The translations under genes and the position numbers were made by a program. The notes below the pieces were generated by a model. The model did not search any database and was not told the DNA's origin. It worked only from the letters and a program-made list of their open reading frames with translations. Shown in pieces: positions 25,584 through 33,933 of a stretch of 38,410 nucleotides of DNA. Origin of the DNA: a virus (lineage: Duplodnaviria; Caudoviricetes). Every line of letters begins with the position of its first letter. Position 1 is the first letter of the stretch. The stretch is taken from the IMG/VR virus record IMGVR_UViG_3300033475_001784, positions 1 to 38,410 of that record. One strand, written 5' to 3'.

Positions 25584-25993
25584 GCGAAGTCCACGCCCAT
25601 GCTGGAAGCCGCGTCAGCCTGCACACGCGTCATGTATTCCGAGAACTCGCCAACGGACATTTGCGTGGTGGACTTGCGGCGCACTACGACTTCACCGCCT
25701 GGAAGCGTTACGTCTTCGCAGACGCCGTGTTTGCGGGCAAAGTATTCGTGCCATGTGTCAGTCGTGTACTGCTGGCCGCTCACCCATGCTTGATCTGAGA
25801 TCTGGCGCAGGATGCCGCCCCAATACATGCGGTTCTGCTCCGCGTTGCGCTTCTTCTCTTCGCTGGTGACGATGATGCGTAGTGGCGAGCCTTTATCAGC
25901 AAATGACTTGGCATTCGCCTTGATGATTTCTTTCAGCGCGTTCCATACGTTGTTGTTGGTCAGCGTGAACTCGCGGTACATGACGGCGCTCAT
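25580..25993 (-). CDS. ninB: NinB/Orf-family recombination protein
   Basis: KRNAEQNRMYW, WHEYF and STTQMSVGEFSEYM motifs. Confidence 0.85.
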   Translation of the reverse strand: MSAVMYREFTLTNNNVWNALKEIIKANAKSFADKGSPLRIIVTSEEKKRNAEQNRMYWGGILRQISDQAWVSGQQYTTDTWHEYFARKHGVCEDVTLPGGEVVVRRKSTTQMSVGEFSEYMTRVQADAASSMGVDFA

Positions 25994-26283
25994 TGCTTTG
26001 CCCGCTTCGATACCTTCTTCGTATGCGCCGAAACTTCAATGCGCGAGTACGGGCAGAGTTTCTTTTTCTTCAGGCGCTTGACCTGTTTGGTTTCCTCGCG
26101 CAGCTCGAACAAGCGGGCAGAAATTACGTTCGGCGTGTAGCCGGTCAAGTGCGCCAATTGTTGCCCGGTGTAAGTGCGGTCTTTGCGCATTACGCGCAGG
26201 ATGCGCTCCTGCTGGCTTGCCTTGAATCCCTGCACGGCACTGTTGTAATGAGCGATTGCGGCTGAATGCTGATTGATCTTCAT
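25990..26283 (-). CDS. HTH DNA-binding protein
   Basis: YTGQQLAHLTGYTPNVISARLFEL. Confidence 0.7.
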   Translation of the reverse strand: MKINQHSAAIAHYNSAVQGFKASQQERILRVMRKDRTYTGQQLAHLTGYTPNVISARLFELREETKQVKRLKKKKLCPYSRIEVSAHTKKVSKRAKQ

Positions 26284-26302
26284 TGCTGGCTCCTTGTTGG
26301 AT

Positions 26303-26563
26303 TCAGGCGGTTACTGGCTGGTCGAGATTGGCGCGAGTAGGCAGGCTGTCGCCTTCGGCTGGCGGGTCTATTTTTTTTAAGTGTGACGGGTACCACGAGA
26401 TCGCACTGCCGTTACTTGCTACTGTAGGTGGGTCAAGAAGCCAGAAGCCGGGATTCAAATGGCTTTCCCTTTCGACGATGCGCATAACCCCGATGAACTG
26501 CAGGGCATTGGGATTCCTTCCGCCCACCACCATCACCAAATCACCCGCTTTGATGTCGCTCAT
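26303..26563 (-). CDS. Hypothetical protein
   Basis: IKAGDLVMVV N-terminus; GGAG RBS. Confidence 0.65.
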   Translation of the reverse strand: MSDIKAGDLVMVVGGRNPNALQFIGVMRIVERESHLNPGFWLLDPPTVASNGSAISWYPSHLKKIDPPAEGDSLPTRANLDQPVTA

Positions 26564-26573
26564 CACCCTCTCC

Positions 26574-26918
26574 TTAAACGTACCGAGTAGGCCATGCGCG
26601 ATAGTCGTTACTGCCTTCGCGTAGGCCGAGAACCGATGGAATATTTTTCTTGCTCATCGGTGGTCCGAAAACGTTTGTCGTACGAGCCGGAGCGGTAATC
26701 GCCTGAGCGCGCTCATCGCGATAACTTTCGGTCAGGCGGAAACCGTGGCGGCTTGCCGTGATGCGCCCACTTAGCCGCTCCTGAGAAAGGATTTCGCGGA
26801 CTGTTGCTTCGGTTAGTTCGTTCTTCAGGTCGCGAGAAATGCGGGAGAGCGTGCGATATGTGCGGCGCTGTGTGCCGGCGAGGTAGTCCAGCACCAATTG
26901 GTGATTGCCTTGGCTCAT
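26574..26918 (-). CDS. Hypothetical basic protein
   Basis: ATGA overlap with the cII-like gene. Confidence 0.6.
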   Translation of the reverse strand: MSQGNHQLVLDYLAGTQRRTYRTLSRISRDLKNELTEATVREILSQERLSGRITASRHGFRLTESYRDERAQAITAPARTTNVFGPPMSKKNIPSVLGLREGSNDYRAWPTRYV

Positions 26919-27526
26919 GCCGCCACCTTCCCTTGCGTCACACGGTTGATGAATTTCTTCGCGCTGGTGAACTTGCGGGACATCGCGCCTTGCAGCTTCT
27001 TGCGCAAACGCGTGCGGAGCTTGTCTTCTTTAATTAGCTGGAGTTCGGCGGCTTCGAGGTTTTCTGGCGTAGGGTCAGCAACGGCGCGGCTATAAACGAA
27101 TACCGAGTTGCCGCTGTGCTGCGCCAGTTCTGCGATGTCGTTGTGATCGGGGTCGCTGTCTTCGCTCAGGTCAGGCATGCCAACTGATAGACCGATCGAT
27201 ACCATCAGCTTTGCCGAGGCGCGGAGACGGTTTTGCATCGGAAGCGCTTGCAAGATCACCTTGGCGAAATTGAAGTTGAGAAGGTTGTTGTCCTTCTCGA
27301 AGTCATTTAGCCAGCGATAGACCTTGTCGGCATTGTTCTTCTGGCGCTGGAAGGTGTCGGGGTGATTGCTGAACTCAATGCCCCATGCATGGCTGCCTTC
27401 GGTCTCGTTAAAGACCGAAACAATGCGGTCAACAACCGCCTCACGACTCCAGCCCATATCGATGCGATACGCCTCCACTTCGGTACGCAGCACTTTTATC
27501 CAACTATCGTGCGATTCGTTGCGCAT
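26915..27526 (-). CDS. CII-like regulator
   Basis: Immediately downstream of cro; GGAG RBS; helical; assigned mainly by position. Confidence 0.55.
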   Translation of the reverse strand: MRNESHDSWIKVLRTEVEAYRIDMGWSREAVVDRIVSVFNETEGSHAWGIEFSNHPDTFQRQKNNADKVYRWLNDFEKDNNLLNFNFAKVILQALPMQNRLRASAKLMVSIGLSVGMPDLSEDSDPDHNDIAELAQHSGNSVFVYSRAVADPTPENLEAAELQLIKEDKLRTRLRKKLQGAMSRKFTSAKKFINRVTQGKVAA

Positions 27527-27597
27527 GACTCTTTCTCCCCTATCAACTATTCTTTAACCATGATGAAAAACTTCACTTCACTCACCGACACAAATAT

Positions 27598-27876
27598 TCA
27601 GCGCGGGCTATCGGTTGTGCGACGCGGCCCCTTACGCCGGTCATCTCTGGCGGATCTACGTTCGCCTGTTATCTCGGTCAATTTGATGCCGCGCTTTTTC
27701 GCGAGCTGCACGATTCCAGTGACCAGCTTGTATGCGGGTCTTTTTTTGCCGATCTTCCCTGTAGTCATTTCGGAAACGGTGGGCTGCGAACAGCCGATCG
27801 CGTCAGCAATCTCCGATTGGGTCATGCCGTCTTGCTGAAGGCGGCGCAGAAGGTTTGAGATGTTAGAGATGTCCAT
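27598..27876 (-). CDS. cro: Cro-like HTH repressor with Arg-rich C-terminal tail
   Basis: GMTQSEIADAIGCSQPTVS HTH; divergent from cI. Confidence 0.82.
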   Translation of the reverse strand: MDISNISNLLRRLQQDGMTQSEIADAIGCSQPTVSEMTTGKIGKKRPAYKLVTGIVQLAKKRGIKLTEITGERRSARDDRRKGPRRTTDSPR

Positions 27877-27884
27877 GTCACCTA

Positions 27885-27925
27885 ATTATAGGGGTTCCTA
27901 TCCTGTTGTCAATAGGAATTCCGAT
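27885..27925 (-). promoter_or_regulatory. pR promoter with two operators
   Basis: Minus strand TTGACA(27912-27907)-16-TATAAT(27890-27885); palindromes ATAGGGGTTCCTAT (27888-27901) and ATAGGAATTCCGAT (27912-27925). Confidence 0.88.
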
Positions 27926-27949
27926 TTAAATATAGGTGACAATTACGCC

Positions 27950-28324
27950 ATGAACGTCGGGGAGAGAGTGCGGCAAGCGCGCAAAGAAAAAGGGATGACC
28001 CAGGGCGACCTGGCGTCTAAGGTAGGTATTCGCCAGCCCACCCTGTCAGAACTAGAAAAAGGCGAATCTAACTCCACCGCCCACATTGCTAAACTCGCTG
28101 CTGCGTTAGGCGTTTCGGCGCTTTGGCTAGAGACGGGGCGCGGTCAGAAATTCCCGGCCGCCGCCGCTAATTCAGAGCAGGACGAGTTGGCGAAAGTGGC
28201 TTTATTAGTGCGCCAGTATTATGAGGCGACGGATAGCGGAAGAGAGTTGATACTATCCACTGCGAACAACGTCCCTAAGCGGGACACTTCTGCGGACGTT
28301 GCTGTTGTCGGCAACAAGTCGTAA
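27950..28324 (+). CDS. cI: CI-like XRE repressor without S24 peptidase domain (124 aa)
   Basis: VGERVRQARKEKGMTQGDLASKVGIRQPTLSELEKG...LGVSALWLETGRG; short helical C-terminus. Confidence 0.87.
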   Translation: MNVGERVRQARKEKGMTQGDLASKVGIRQPTLSELEKGESNSTAHIAKLAAALGVSALWLETGRGQKFPAAAANSEQDELAKVALLVRQYYEATDSGRELILSTANNVPKRDTSADVAVVGNKS

Positions 28325-28450
28325 GCCTGGACGCCGCGCCATATTGACCCTCGCGCGCTCAGCCATGATCTTGTACATCGATTCTTGGTCCTCAGCGGAC
28401 ATTGCGTAGAACATCCGGTTTACAACATCACTTTGCGATCTGTAAGGCAT
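28253..28450 (-). CDS. Putative LexA-regulated antirepressor (65 aa)
   Basis: GGAGGGG RBS; downstream of a promoter with a LexA box; convergent with and overlapping cI. Confidence 0.62.
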   Translation of the reverse strand: MPYRSQSDVVNRMFYAMSAEDQESMYKIMAERARVNMARRPGLRLVADNSNVRRSVPLRDVVRSG

Positions 28451-28527
28451 TTCCCCTCCACTTGATTTTGTCTGTGGTTCCGGCCGTCTACTGGTAGTTA
28501 GTGCCATAGGGGAACAGACGTTAAGAA

Positions 28528-28572
28528 CTGTGATTCCGTACAGTATTTTAACGGAATGTTGGTATGAGTCAA
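28528..28572 (-). promoter_or_regulatory. Sigma70 promoter with LexA box over the start site
   Basis: TTGACT(28572-28567)-16-TAAAAT(28550-28545), then CTGT-N8-ACAG at 28528-28543. Confidence 0.78.
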
Positions 28573-28799
28573 CCGGGATTTTGCTGTTGCCAAAGCGATT
28601 GGTTTCATCCTTAAACCTTTGATATTCAACGTAAATTTATAGTTATGCCCACTTCGCCTGCTCTCATTGTGCAGGACGTAAATCCTACTACTGATTATTA
28701 AGATTTTGTAAGATTTTCATGGTCATGTCGGACTTTTCGCCTCACATAATCATGGGATGTCACCTGCGCTCAGGCGCAATCATAAAAATGGAGGGGAAG

Positions 28800-29084
28800 A
28801 TGAAATATGCTTTATTGATCGCATTGCTTTTGTCGAATACCGCATTTGCACGTGATGTGGCCGTGCGCGGCTATACCCGGTCAGACGGGACGTACGTGCA
28901 GCCATCGCACCGCAGTGCGCCGGACGGCAATCCGAACAACAACTATGGCACACAAGGGAATTACAACCCCTACACCGGCCAAGCCGGGACCGCCCAGCCA
29001 CAACCTTACTATGTGCAGCCTGCCCCGATCTACCCGACCAATCGGGGCAACAGCTCCACCTGCCTATACGGTCAGCGCTGCTAA
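28800..29084 (+). CDS. Small secreted protein, immunity-region moron
   Basis: Signal peptide MKYALLIALLLSNTAFA; VRGYTRSDGTYVQPSHRS...GNYNPYTG; GGAGGGG RBS. Confidence 0.8.
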   Translation: MKYALLIALLLSNTAFARDVAVRGYTRSDGTYVQPSHRSAPDGNPNNNYGTQGNYNPYTGQAGTAQPQPYYVQPAPIYPTNRGNSSTCLYGQRC

Positions 29085-29103
29085 TTAAATAGCACTCTGC
29101 CCT

Positions 29104-29126
29104 AGCCCGCTTCGGCGGGCTTTTTT
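29104..29126 (+). terminator. Intrinsic terminator
   Basis: AGCCCGC-TTCG-GCGGGCT followed by TTTTT. Confidence 0.9.
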
Positions 29127-29165
29127 ACGCCTGTTGTTTTCCCGGATAAAAAATATTGGACATTT

Positions 29166-29207
29166 ATCGGAATTCCTATTGACTTATTAAATAGGGGTTC
29201 CTATAAT
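29166..29207 (+). promoter_or_regulatory. pL promoter with two operators
   Basis: TTGACT(29179)-17-TATAAT(29202); ATCGGAATTCCTAT (29166-29179) and ATAGGGGTTCCTAT (29191-29204). Confidence 0.9.
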
Positions 29208-29239
29208 TCATCCATCGAACAACACAACGGGAGCAGCAA

Positions 29240-29326
29240 ATGACCGACGACTTCTTCGCACTGACCGCCGCAGATATTCCAGCCCTGGTGCTGGCAGTGC
29301 TGATCTTGTTTGTGATTGCAGCTTAA
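29240..29326 (+). CDS. 28-aa hydrophobic peptide, first pL ORF
   Basis: MTDDFFALTAADIPALVLAVLILFVIAA; GGGAG RBS. Confidence 0.55.
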   Translation: MTDDFFALTAADIPALVLAVLILFVIAA

Positions 29327-29337
29327 GGGAGATGGGA

Positions 29338-29580
29338 ATGACTACAGCAACGCCGATGGGAGGCCATCTATGGGATGCATCCAATGGCATCTACTACAAG
29401 TCCTTCGCGGATAAACAAAGCGCAATCGCTTTTCGTGAAAAGCTGGCCGCCGCTGGCTTTTCCCCCATTCGTACCGTTAAGGACTTCAGCATCTATACCA
29501 ATTACCAAGTCTTTTACCGCTCAACCGATTCCATCACTGCGTATTGGTCCGCTCTAGCAAAAGCGAAAGGCCAGCCATGA
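29338..29580 (+). CDS. Hypothetical protein
   Basis: AGGGAG RBS; ATGA overlap with the next gene. Confidence 0.6.
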   Translation: MTTATPMGGHLWDASNGIYYKSFADKQSAIAFREKLAAAGFSPIRTVKDFSIYTNYQVFYRSTDSITAYWSALAKAKGQP

Positions 29581-29729
29581 CCGGCCACAACCGCATCCCT
29601 ACCGTATCCCCTGCCGCATGGTGGAAGTTCTGGCGGGATGACAGCGGCACTGCCGGACTGTGCGTGTTCATTGCTGTCTGCGCTCTGTCTGTTGCAGCCG
29701 TCCTTTATGTATTGGAGCAGTGGAAATGA
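29577..29729 (+). CDS. 50-aa single-TM protein
   Basis: ATGA overlaps at both ends; C-terminal hydrophobic segment. Confidence 0.6.
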   Translation: MTGHNRIPTVSPAAWWKFWRDDSGTAGLCVFIAVCALSVAAVLYVLEQWK

Positions 29730-30112
29730 CTGACTTTCTAATGACCCTTCCTGAGAACGTGCGCGGCGTCCTGATCGACATGGTGAACGCGGAAATGAAA
29801 GTGGGCGGGAAGTATGACCCGTTCACTGGTGACAACGTATGCGAAGCGCTCATCTCCGCTGAAGACCCGCAGTTCAGTCAACTGGCGACTTGCCTGCGCT
29901 CTGGCGATCCGGTTCGCATTGCGGCTGCTGTGACTCTGATCTGCCGCGAATACTGGTTCGACTATGGCTGCCGCCACGAACGTGAAGCCGCAGAAGAGCA
30001 TGTAGCTAATAAAGAGCCAGAAGAGCAGCCATACCACCGTCAGGCTTGGGAGCTGACCAACCAAATGTTCGAGCAGGTATCTAGCGCGCTGTTTGCTAAT
30101 CAGGCGCATTAA
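29726..30112 (+). CDS. Hypothetical protein
   Basis: GGAG RBS; ATGA overlap. Confidence 0.65.
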   Translation: MTDFLMTLPENVRGVLIDMVNAEMKVGGKYDPFTGDNVCEALISAEDPQFSQLATCLRSGDPVRIAAAVTLICREYWFDYGCRHEREAAEEHVANKEPEEQPYHRQAWELTNQMFEQVSSALFANQAH

Positions 30113-30144
30113 CTTTAACGCAGCACACAACAAGGAGAGAAGAA

Positions 30145-30582
30145 ATGGAAAAGCAAATCATCGAAATCAACGGCGTGAAGATGGAAGTCGATCTGCGCTA
30201 TGCAAAACGCATCGAACACTTGACGGTCGGCAGCCGCGTGAAATGCCTCATCAAAGGTTATGGCGATGATTACAAAGTGCTGCCAGGTGTGATTGTGGGC
30301 TTCGAGCCGTTTGAGAAGCTGCCCTCGATCATTGTCGCCTACCTGGACGTCGATTACAGCTCTGTCGGCATCAAGTTCAAGTCGTACAACGCCAAATGCA
30401 CCGACTTTGAGATTGTCGCTGATCTGGATAACAACGCTTTGGAAGTCAACAAGGCAGACATCCTCACAAAAATGGAGCGCGAGATTGAGCGCAAGAAGCT
30501 GGAAGTGGAAGAGATCGAGCAGAAGCGTGACTTCTTCGTAAAAAACTTCGGCGTCTATTTCTCTGATTTTGTGCAGGCGTGA
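30145..30582 (+). CDS. Hypothetical protein with C-terminal coiled coil
   Basis: AAGGAG RBS; 145-aa ORF with coding-like codon use. Confidence 0.8.
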   Translation: MEKQIIEINGVKMEVDLRYAKRIEHLTVGSRVKCLIKGYGDDYKVLPGVIVGFEPFEKLPSIIVAYLDVDYSSVGIKFKSYNAKCTDFEIVADLDNNALEVNKADILTKMEREIERKKLEVEEIEQKRDFFVKNFGVYFSDFVQA

Positions 30583-30593
30583 GCCACCACCTA

Positions 30594-30776
30594 ACCTGCG
30601 CCGGGTAAGAGCGTAGGGCCAAGAGGGGTAGCGATTGTGCGAGATCAGAACGCGCGATGTGGCCGCAAGCCATTAGCCGGAACGCTGACGTTAGCAACCT
30701 GCGCAGGGCAGTCGCTACCACCTGTTGGTTAATCACCGCAGTACCGGAGTGGGCGGTATCGCAAATCCCACACCAG
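30594..30776 (+). ncRNA. Candidate structured RNA element
   Basis: 12-bp helix 30627-30638/30708-30719 enclosing short hairpins, with flanking hairpins; no convincing ORF. Confidence 0.35.
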
Positions 30777-30793
30777 GATAACAAGGAGAAGTG

Positions 30794-31030
30794 ATGAATC
30801 TTGTCGACATTTTGGAATGGCAAAAGGAATACGAGCGCGGCGGCGAACTGCCCGGCAATGTTATGGAAGAGCTGTTCGCAAAAACCATTCGACACGATGA
30901 CTTGGCGCAATCGCTGGCAAACGTTCTCCGCATTCTTGAGGCAGTCAAGTATACGGTCGGTCTCGGCAAGCTGCAATTAGACCGCATGGCGGATGCACGG
31001 GCCGTGCTTGATAGAACCAACGGCTCCTAA
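30794..31030 (+). CDS. Hypothetical protein
   Basis: AAGGAG RBS. Confidence 0.65.
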   Translation: MNLVDILEWQKEYERGGELPGNVMEELFAKTIRHDDLAQSLANVLRILEAVKYTVGLGKLQLDRMADARAVLDRTNGS

Positions 31031-31042
31031 CGGGAGAAAGCC

Positions 31043-31255
31043 ATGACCCGCCACCTACCAACAGCAGCAGCCCTAGCCGCCCTCCTTCTTCTATACGGCT
31101 GGATGGGGAAAGACGATATGGCAGAACAAGAGCGTGCTGCTGCTTATGCTGCCGAGATTATGGAACAGGCAAAGCAGCAAGCGTTAGCGAAGGCGGAATA
31201 CAACCGGCTCGTTAAGCAAGCAGATGAGATGTTGGCTTTGGGAGAGATGAAATGA
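31043..31255 (+). CDS. Small membrane-anchored protein
   Basis: N-terminal hydrophobic helix; GGGAG RBS. Confidence 0.7.
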   Translation: MTRHLPTAAALAALLLLYGWMGKDDMAEQERAAAYAAEIMEQAKQQALAKAEYNRLVKQADEMLALGEMK

Positions 31256-31485
31256 GTAAAGGCGGCGGAGCGGCATTTCCCGTACAAGGATTCGGTACAC
31301 GCAACGGTCAAGGCGTTGAAGTGGTGTACGAGCAAGGCATGACCTTGCGCGACTACTTTGCGGCGAAGGCGATGCAGGCGCTGATCGCAGTAGAGACGGC
31401 AGATAACACGATGGAGGCAGACCTGTGGGCTCCACATCTCGCCTATGAGATTGCCGACGCCATGCTTGCGGAGCGCGCCAAATGA
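31252..31485 (+). CDS. Conserved phage hypothetical protein
   Basis: GGAAFP...GMTLRDYFAAKAMQ...AYEIADAMLAER motif. Confidence 0.85.
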   Translation: MSKGGGAAFPVQGFGTRNGQGVEVVYEQGMTLRDYFAAKAMQALIAVETADNTMEADLWAPHLAYEIADAMLAERAK

Positions 31486-31835
31486 TCCTCCACCAATACG
31501 AAGAAGGAACGCCCTGCCAAGGCATGAACTGTGGCACGACCACCTCACAGCATTCAAAGGAATGCATTGCAGAGCATACGGCTGGTTGTGCTGGTGGGTT
31601 CTTTGGGAAATGGTTGCCGATTGAGAGTGCGCCCGAGGACGGGACACTGATCCTGTTGCTACACCAAGGTCACACGGCCATTGGATGGTATGCGCCGCAT
31701 GATTGCTACGAATGGTGCTTTGTAGAAAGCGCGAGCACTAACGGCCCCAACATCGAAGCAAATGCATTCATAAAGTCTGCAACGCAAAAGCTCAAGTGGA
31801 TGCCCCTCCCTCCACCACCATCACTTAACGAATAG
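31482..31835 (+). CDS. DUF551-like phage protein
   Basis: WLPIESAPEDGT...WMPLPPPP. Confidence 0.75.
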   Translation: MILHQYEEGTPCQGMNCGTTTSQHSKECIAEHTAGCAGGFFGKWLPIESAPEDGTLILLLHQGHTAIGWYAPHDCYEWCFVESASTNGPNIEANAFIKSATQKLKWMPLPPPPSLNE

Positions 31836-31880
31836 ATCCACCAACTTAACGCGGGCAGAGTCTCCGCAGAAGGAAATGAA

Positions 31881-32627
31881 ATGACAGCACTCGTCGTACA
31901 GCAAGCAGCGAAACTCGCCTCCCTTTTCAACATTCCGGAGTCAAGCGACCTCGTCGCCGTTCTGAAAGCCACGGCGTTTAAGGGCCAAGTGTCCGATGCG
32001 CAAATGAGCGCCCTGCTCATCGTGGCGAACCAATACAACCTGAACCCGTGGACAAAGGAAATCTACGCTTTCCCCGACAAGAACAACGGCATCGTCCCTG
32101 TGGTCGGCGTGGACGGTTGGAGCCGCATCATCAACGAGAACCCACAGTTTGACGGCATGGACTTCGAGCAGGATGAAGAATCCTGTACCTGCATCATCTA
32201 CCGCAAAGACCGTTCCCACCCGATCAAGGTTACCGAATACCTGAGCGAGTGCAAACGTGGTGCCGCGCCTTGGCAGTCGCACCCGAAACGCATGCTCCGC
32301 CACAAAGCAATGATCCAGTGCGCCCGTCTCGCCTTTGGTTACGTGGGCATCTATGACCAAGACGAAGCGGAGCGGATCGTTGATGTGAACGAAAAGCCGA
32401 ATCAGCGCAATGCCGCATCTGTTGCCAGCCAAGCGCAGGCCGAAGCCGAGGATGTACTCGATCACGAAACACGCGAAACGCTGCTGGCCGACCTTTATGC
32501 AGTCGCAGACACCGGAACCGAAGCCCTGCAAGAAGCATGGGGCAAGCTGCAGAAGCACGAACGCAAAGCACTGGCAAACGAACTGGATGCGCTGAAAGAT
32601 CGCGCCGGAAAGGTCATCGATGGCTGA
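31881..32627 (+). CDS. bet: Red-beta/RecT-family single-strand annealing protein
   Basis: LLIVANQYNLNPWTKEIYAFPDK, VGVDGWSRIIN and HPKRMLRHKAMIQCARLAFG. Confidence 0.95.
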   Translation: MTALVVQQAAKLASLFNIPESSDLVAVLKATAFKGQVSDAQMSALLIVANQYNLNPWTKEIYAFPDKNNGIVPVVGVDGWSRIINENPQFDGMDFEQDEESCTCIIYRKDRSHPIKVTEYLSECKRGAAPWQSHPKRMLRHKAMIQCARLAFGYVGIYDQDEAERIVDVNEKPNQRNAASVASQAQAEAEDVLDHETRETLLADLYAVADTGTEALQEAWGKLQKHERKALANELDALKDRAGKVIDG

Positions 32628-33237
32628 CCTCCAACGTACAGACGAATGGCATGCCGACCGCTGCGGCCATGTGACCGCATCGAAGTTCGGCGCGATCCTG
32701 GCGAAGAAGAAGGACGGCAAGCCCACGCAGGCCCGCGAAGACTACTTGATGCAGATCGTTACGGAACGTATCACCGGCCAGCAGGAAAGCGGCATGACCT
32801 CCTTTGCCCTTCAATGGGGCAAGGACGCGGAACCTTTCGCCCGTTCTGAGTTTGAAGGCGATACCGGCCTGATCGTCGTGGAATCTCCATTCGTAAAGCA
32901 CCCGACGATTAGTTGGGTCGGTTGCAGCCCTGATGGCTTGATTGGCAAAACAGCCGGGTACGAAAGCAAATGCCCGAAGAACTCGGCTATCCATCTGGCT
33001 ACCATCCGCGACGGCATGCCAGAAGAACACAAGCCGCAGGTGCAAGGTTGTATGTGGGTGACAGGTCGGCAGGAATGGTGGTTCGTCAGCTTTGACCCTC
33101 GCATGCCGCCACACCTACGGCTTTACAAGGAGCTTATCAAGCGAGACGACAAGTACATCGCAAATCTGGAAGCAGAAACGATCAAGTTTCTGGAAGAAGT
33201 AGAGGCACAAATTCAACTCTTTAAACAGGCGGCTTAA
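32620..33237 (+). CDS. exo: Lambda-exonuclease/YqaJ-family nuclease
   Basis: QRTDEWHADRCGHVTAS, CSPDGL, ESKCP, QVQGCMW and SFDPR motifs. Confidence 0.92.
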   Translation: MADLQRTDEWHADRCGHVTASKFGAILAKKKDGKPTQAREDYLMQIVTERITGQQESGMTSFALQWGKDAEPFARSEFEGDTGLIVVESPFVKHPTISWVGCSPDGLIGKTAGYESKCPKNSAIHLATIRDGMPEEHKPQVQGCMWVTGRQEWWFVSFDPRMPPHLRLYKELIKRDDKYIANLEAETIKFLEEVEAQIQLFKQAA

Positions 33238-33639
33238 ATGGCATCAGTGAACAAAGTAATCATCGTTGGCAATTTGGGCCGCGATCCTGAAACGCGCCAC
33301 CTCCCAAACGGCGATGCGGTAACCAATATCGCAGTCGCCACCACGGAAAGCTGGAAGGACAAGAACACCGGCGATAAGAAGGAAGTGACCGAATGGCACC
33401 GCATCACCTTCTATCGCAAGCTGGCCGAGATCGCTGGTCAGTACCTGAAGAAGGGTTCGTCGGTCTATATCGAAGGCCGCCTGCAGACGCGCAAGTGGAC
33501 CGACAAGGAAAACATCGAGCGCTACACCACGGAAATCATCGCGGACACGATGCAGATGTTGGGCGGGAAGCCAAGCGGAGGTAGCGCGCCCATGGAAGCG
33601 CCAAGCAAAGGCGATATGGACGACGACGTGCCCTTCTGA
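33238..33639 (+). CDS. ssb: Single-stranded DNA-binding protein
   Basis: [32 protein letters not shown]; C-terminal DDDVPF. Confidence 0.97.
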   Translation: MASVNKVIIVGNLGRDPETRHLPNGDAVTNIAVATTESWKDKNTGDKKEVTEWHRITFYRKLAEIAGQYLKKGSSVYIEGRLQTRKWTDKENIERYTTEIIADTMQMLGGKPSGGSAPMEAPSKGDMDDDVPF

Positions 33640-33720
33640 CCGAGCGAGGCTTTCGCCATTGAGCCGTAGCCCTGCAATAGCAGGTAATCAATGGCGCTGA
33701 ATAACGATAAAGGGGAAGAG

Positions 33721-33933
33721 ATGAACAACTACGCGGCATATATCACGCCTGAACAAGCGCGAGCAAACGGCGATACGCGCTCTCTTGGCGAACTGCGCGC
33801 ACTGGCGAGGAACAAGAAGAAGTGCTGCAACTGCGATGAGCCTGTATGGCGTTATGGTGGTTGCGGCATGTGCTTTAGCTGCACGACTGGCGAATCCGAC
33901 GCCTCTGGCGATTATGAATTGGAGCAAGCATGA
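33721..33933 (+). CDS. Small zinc-finger protein
   Basis: CCNC...CGMCFSC. Confidence 0.7.
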   Translation: MNNYAAYITPEQARANGDTRSLGELRALARNKKKCCNCDEPVWRYGGCGMCFSCTTGESDASGDYELEQA

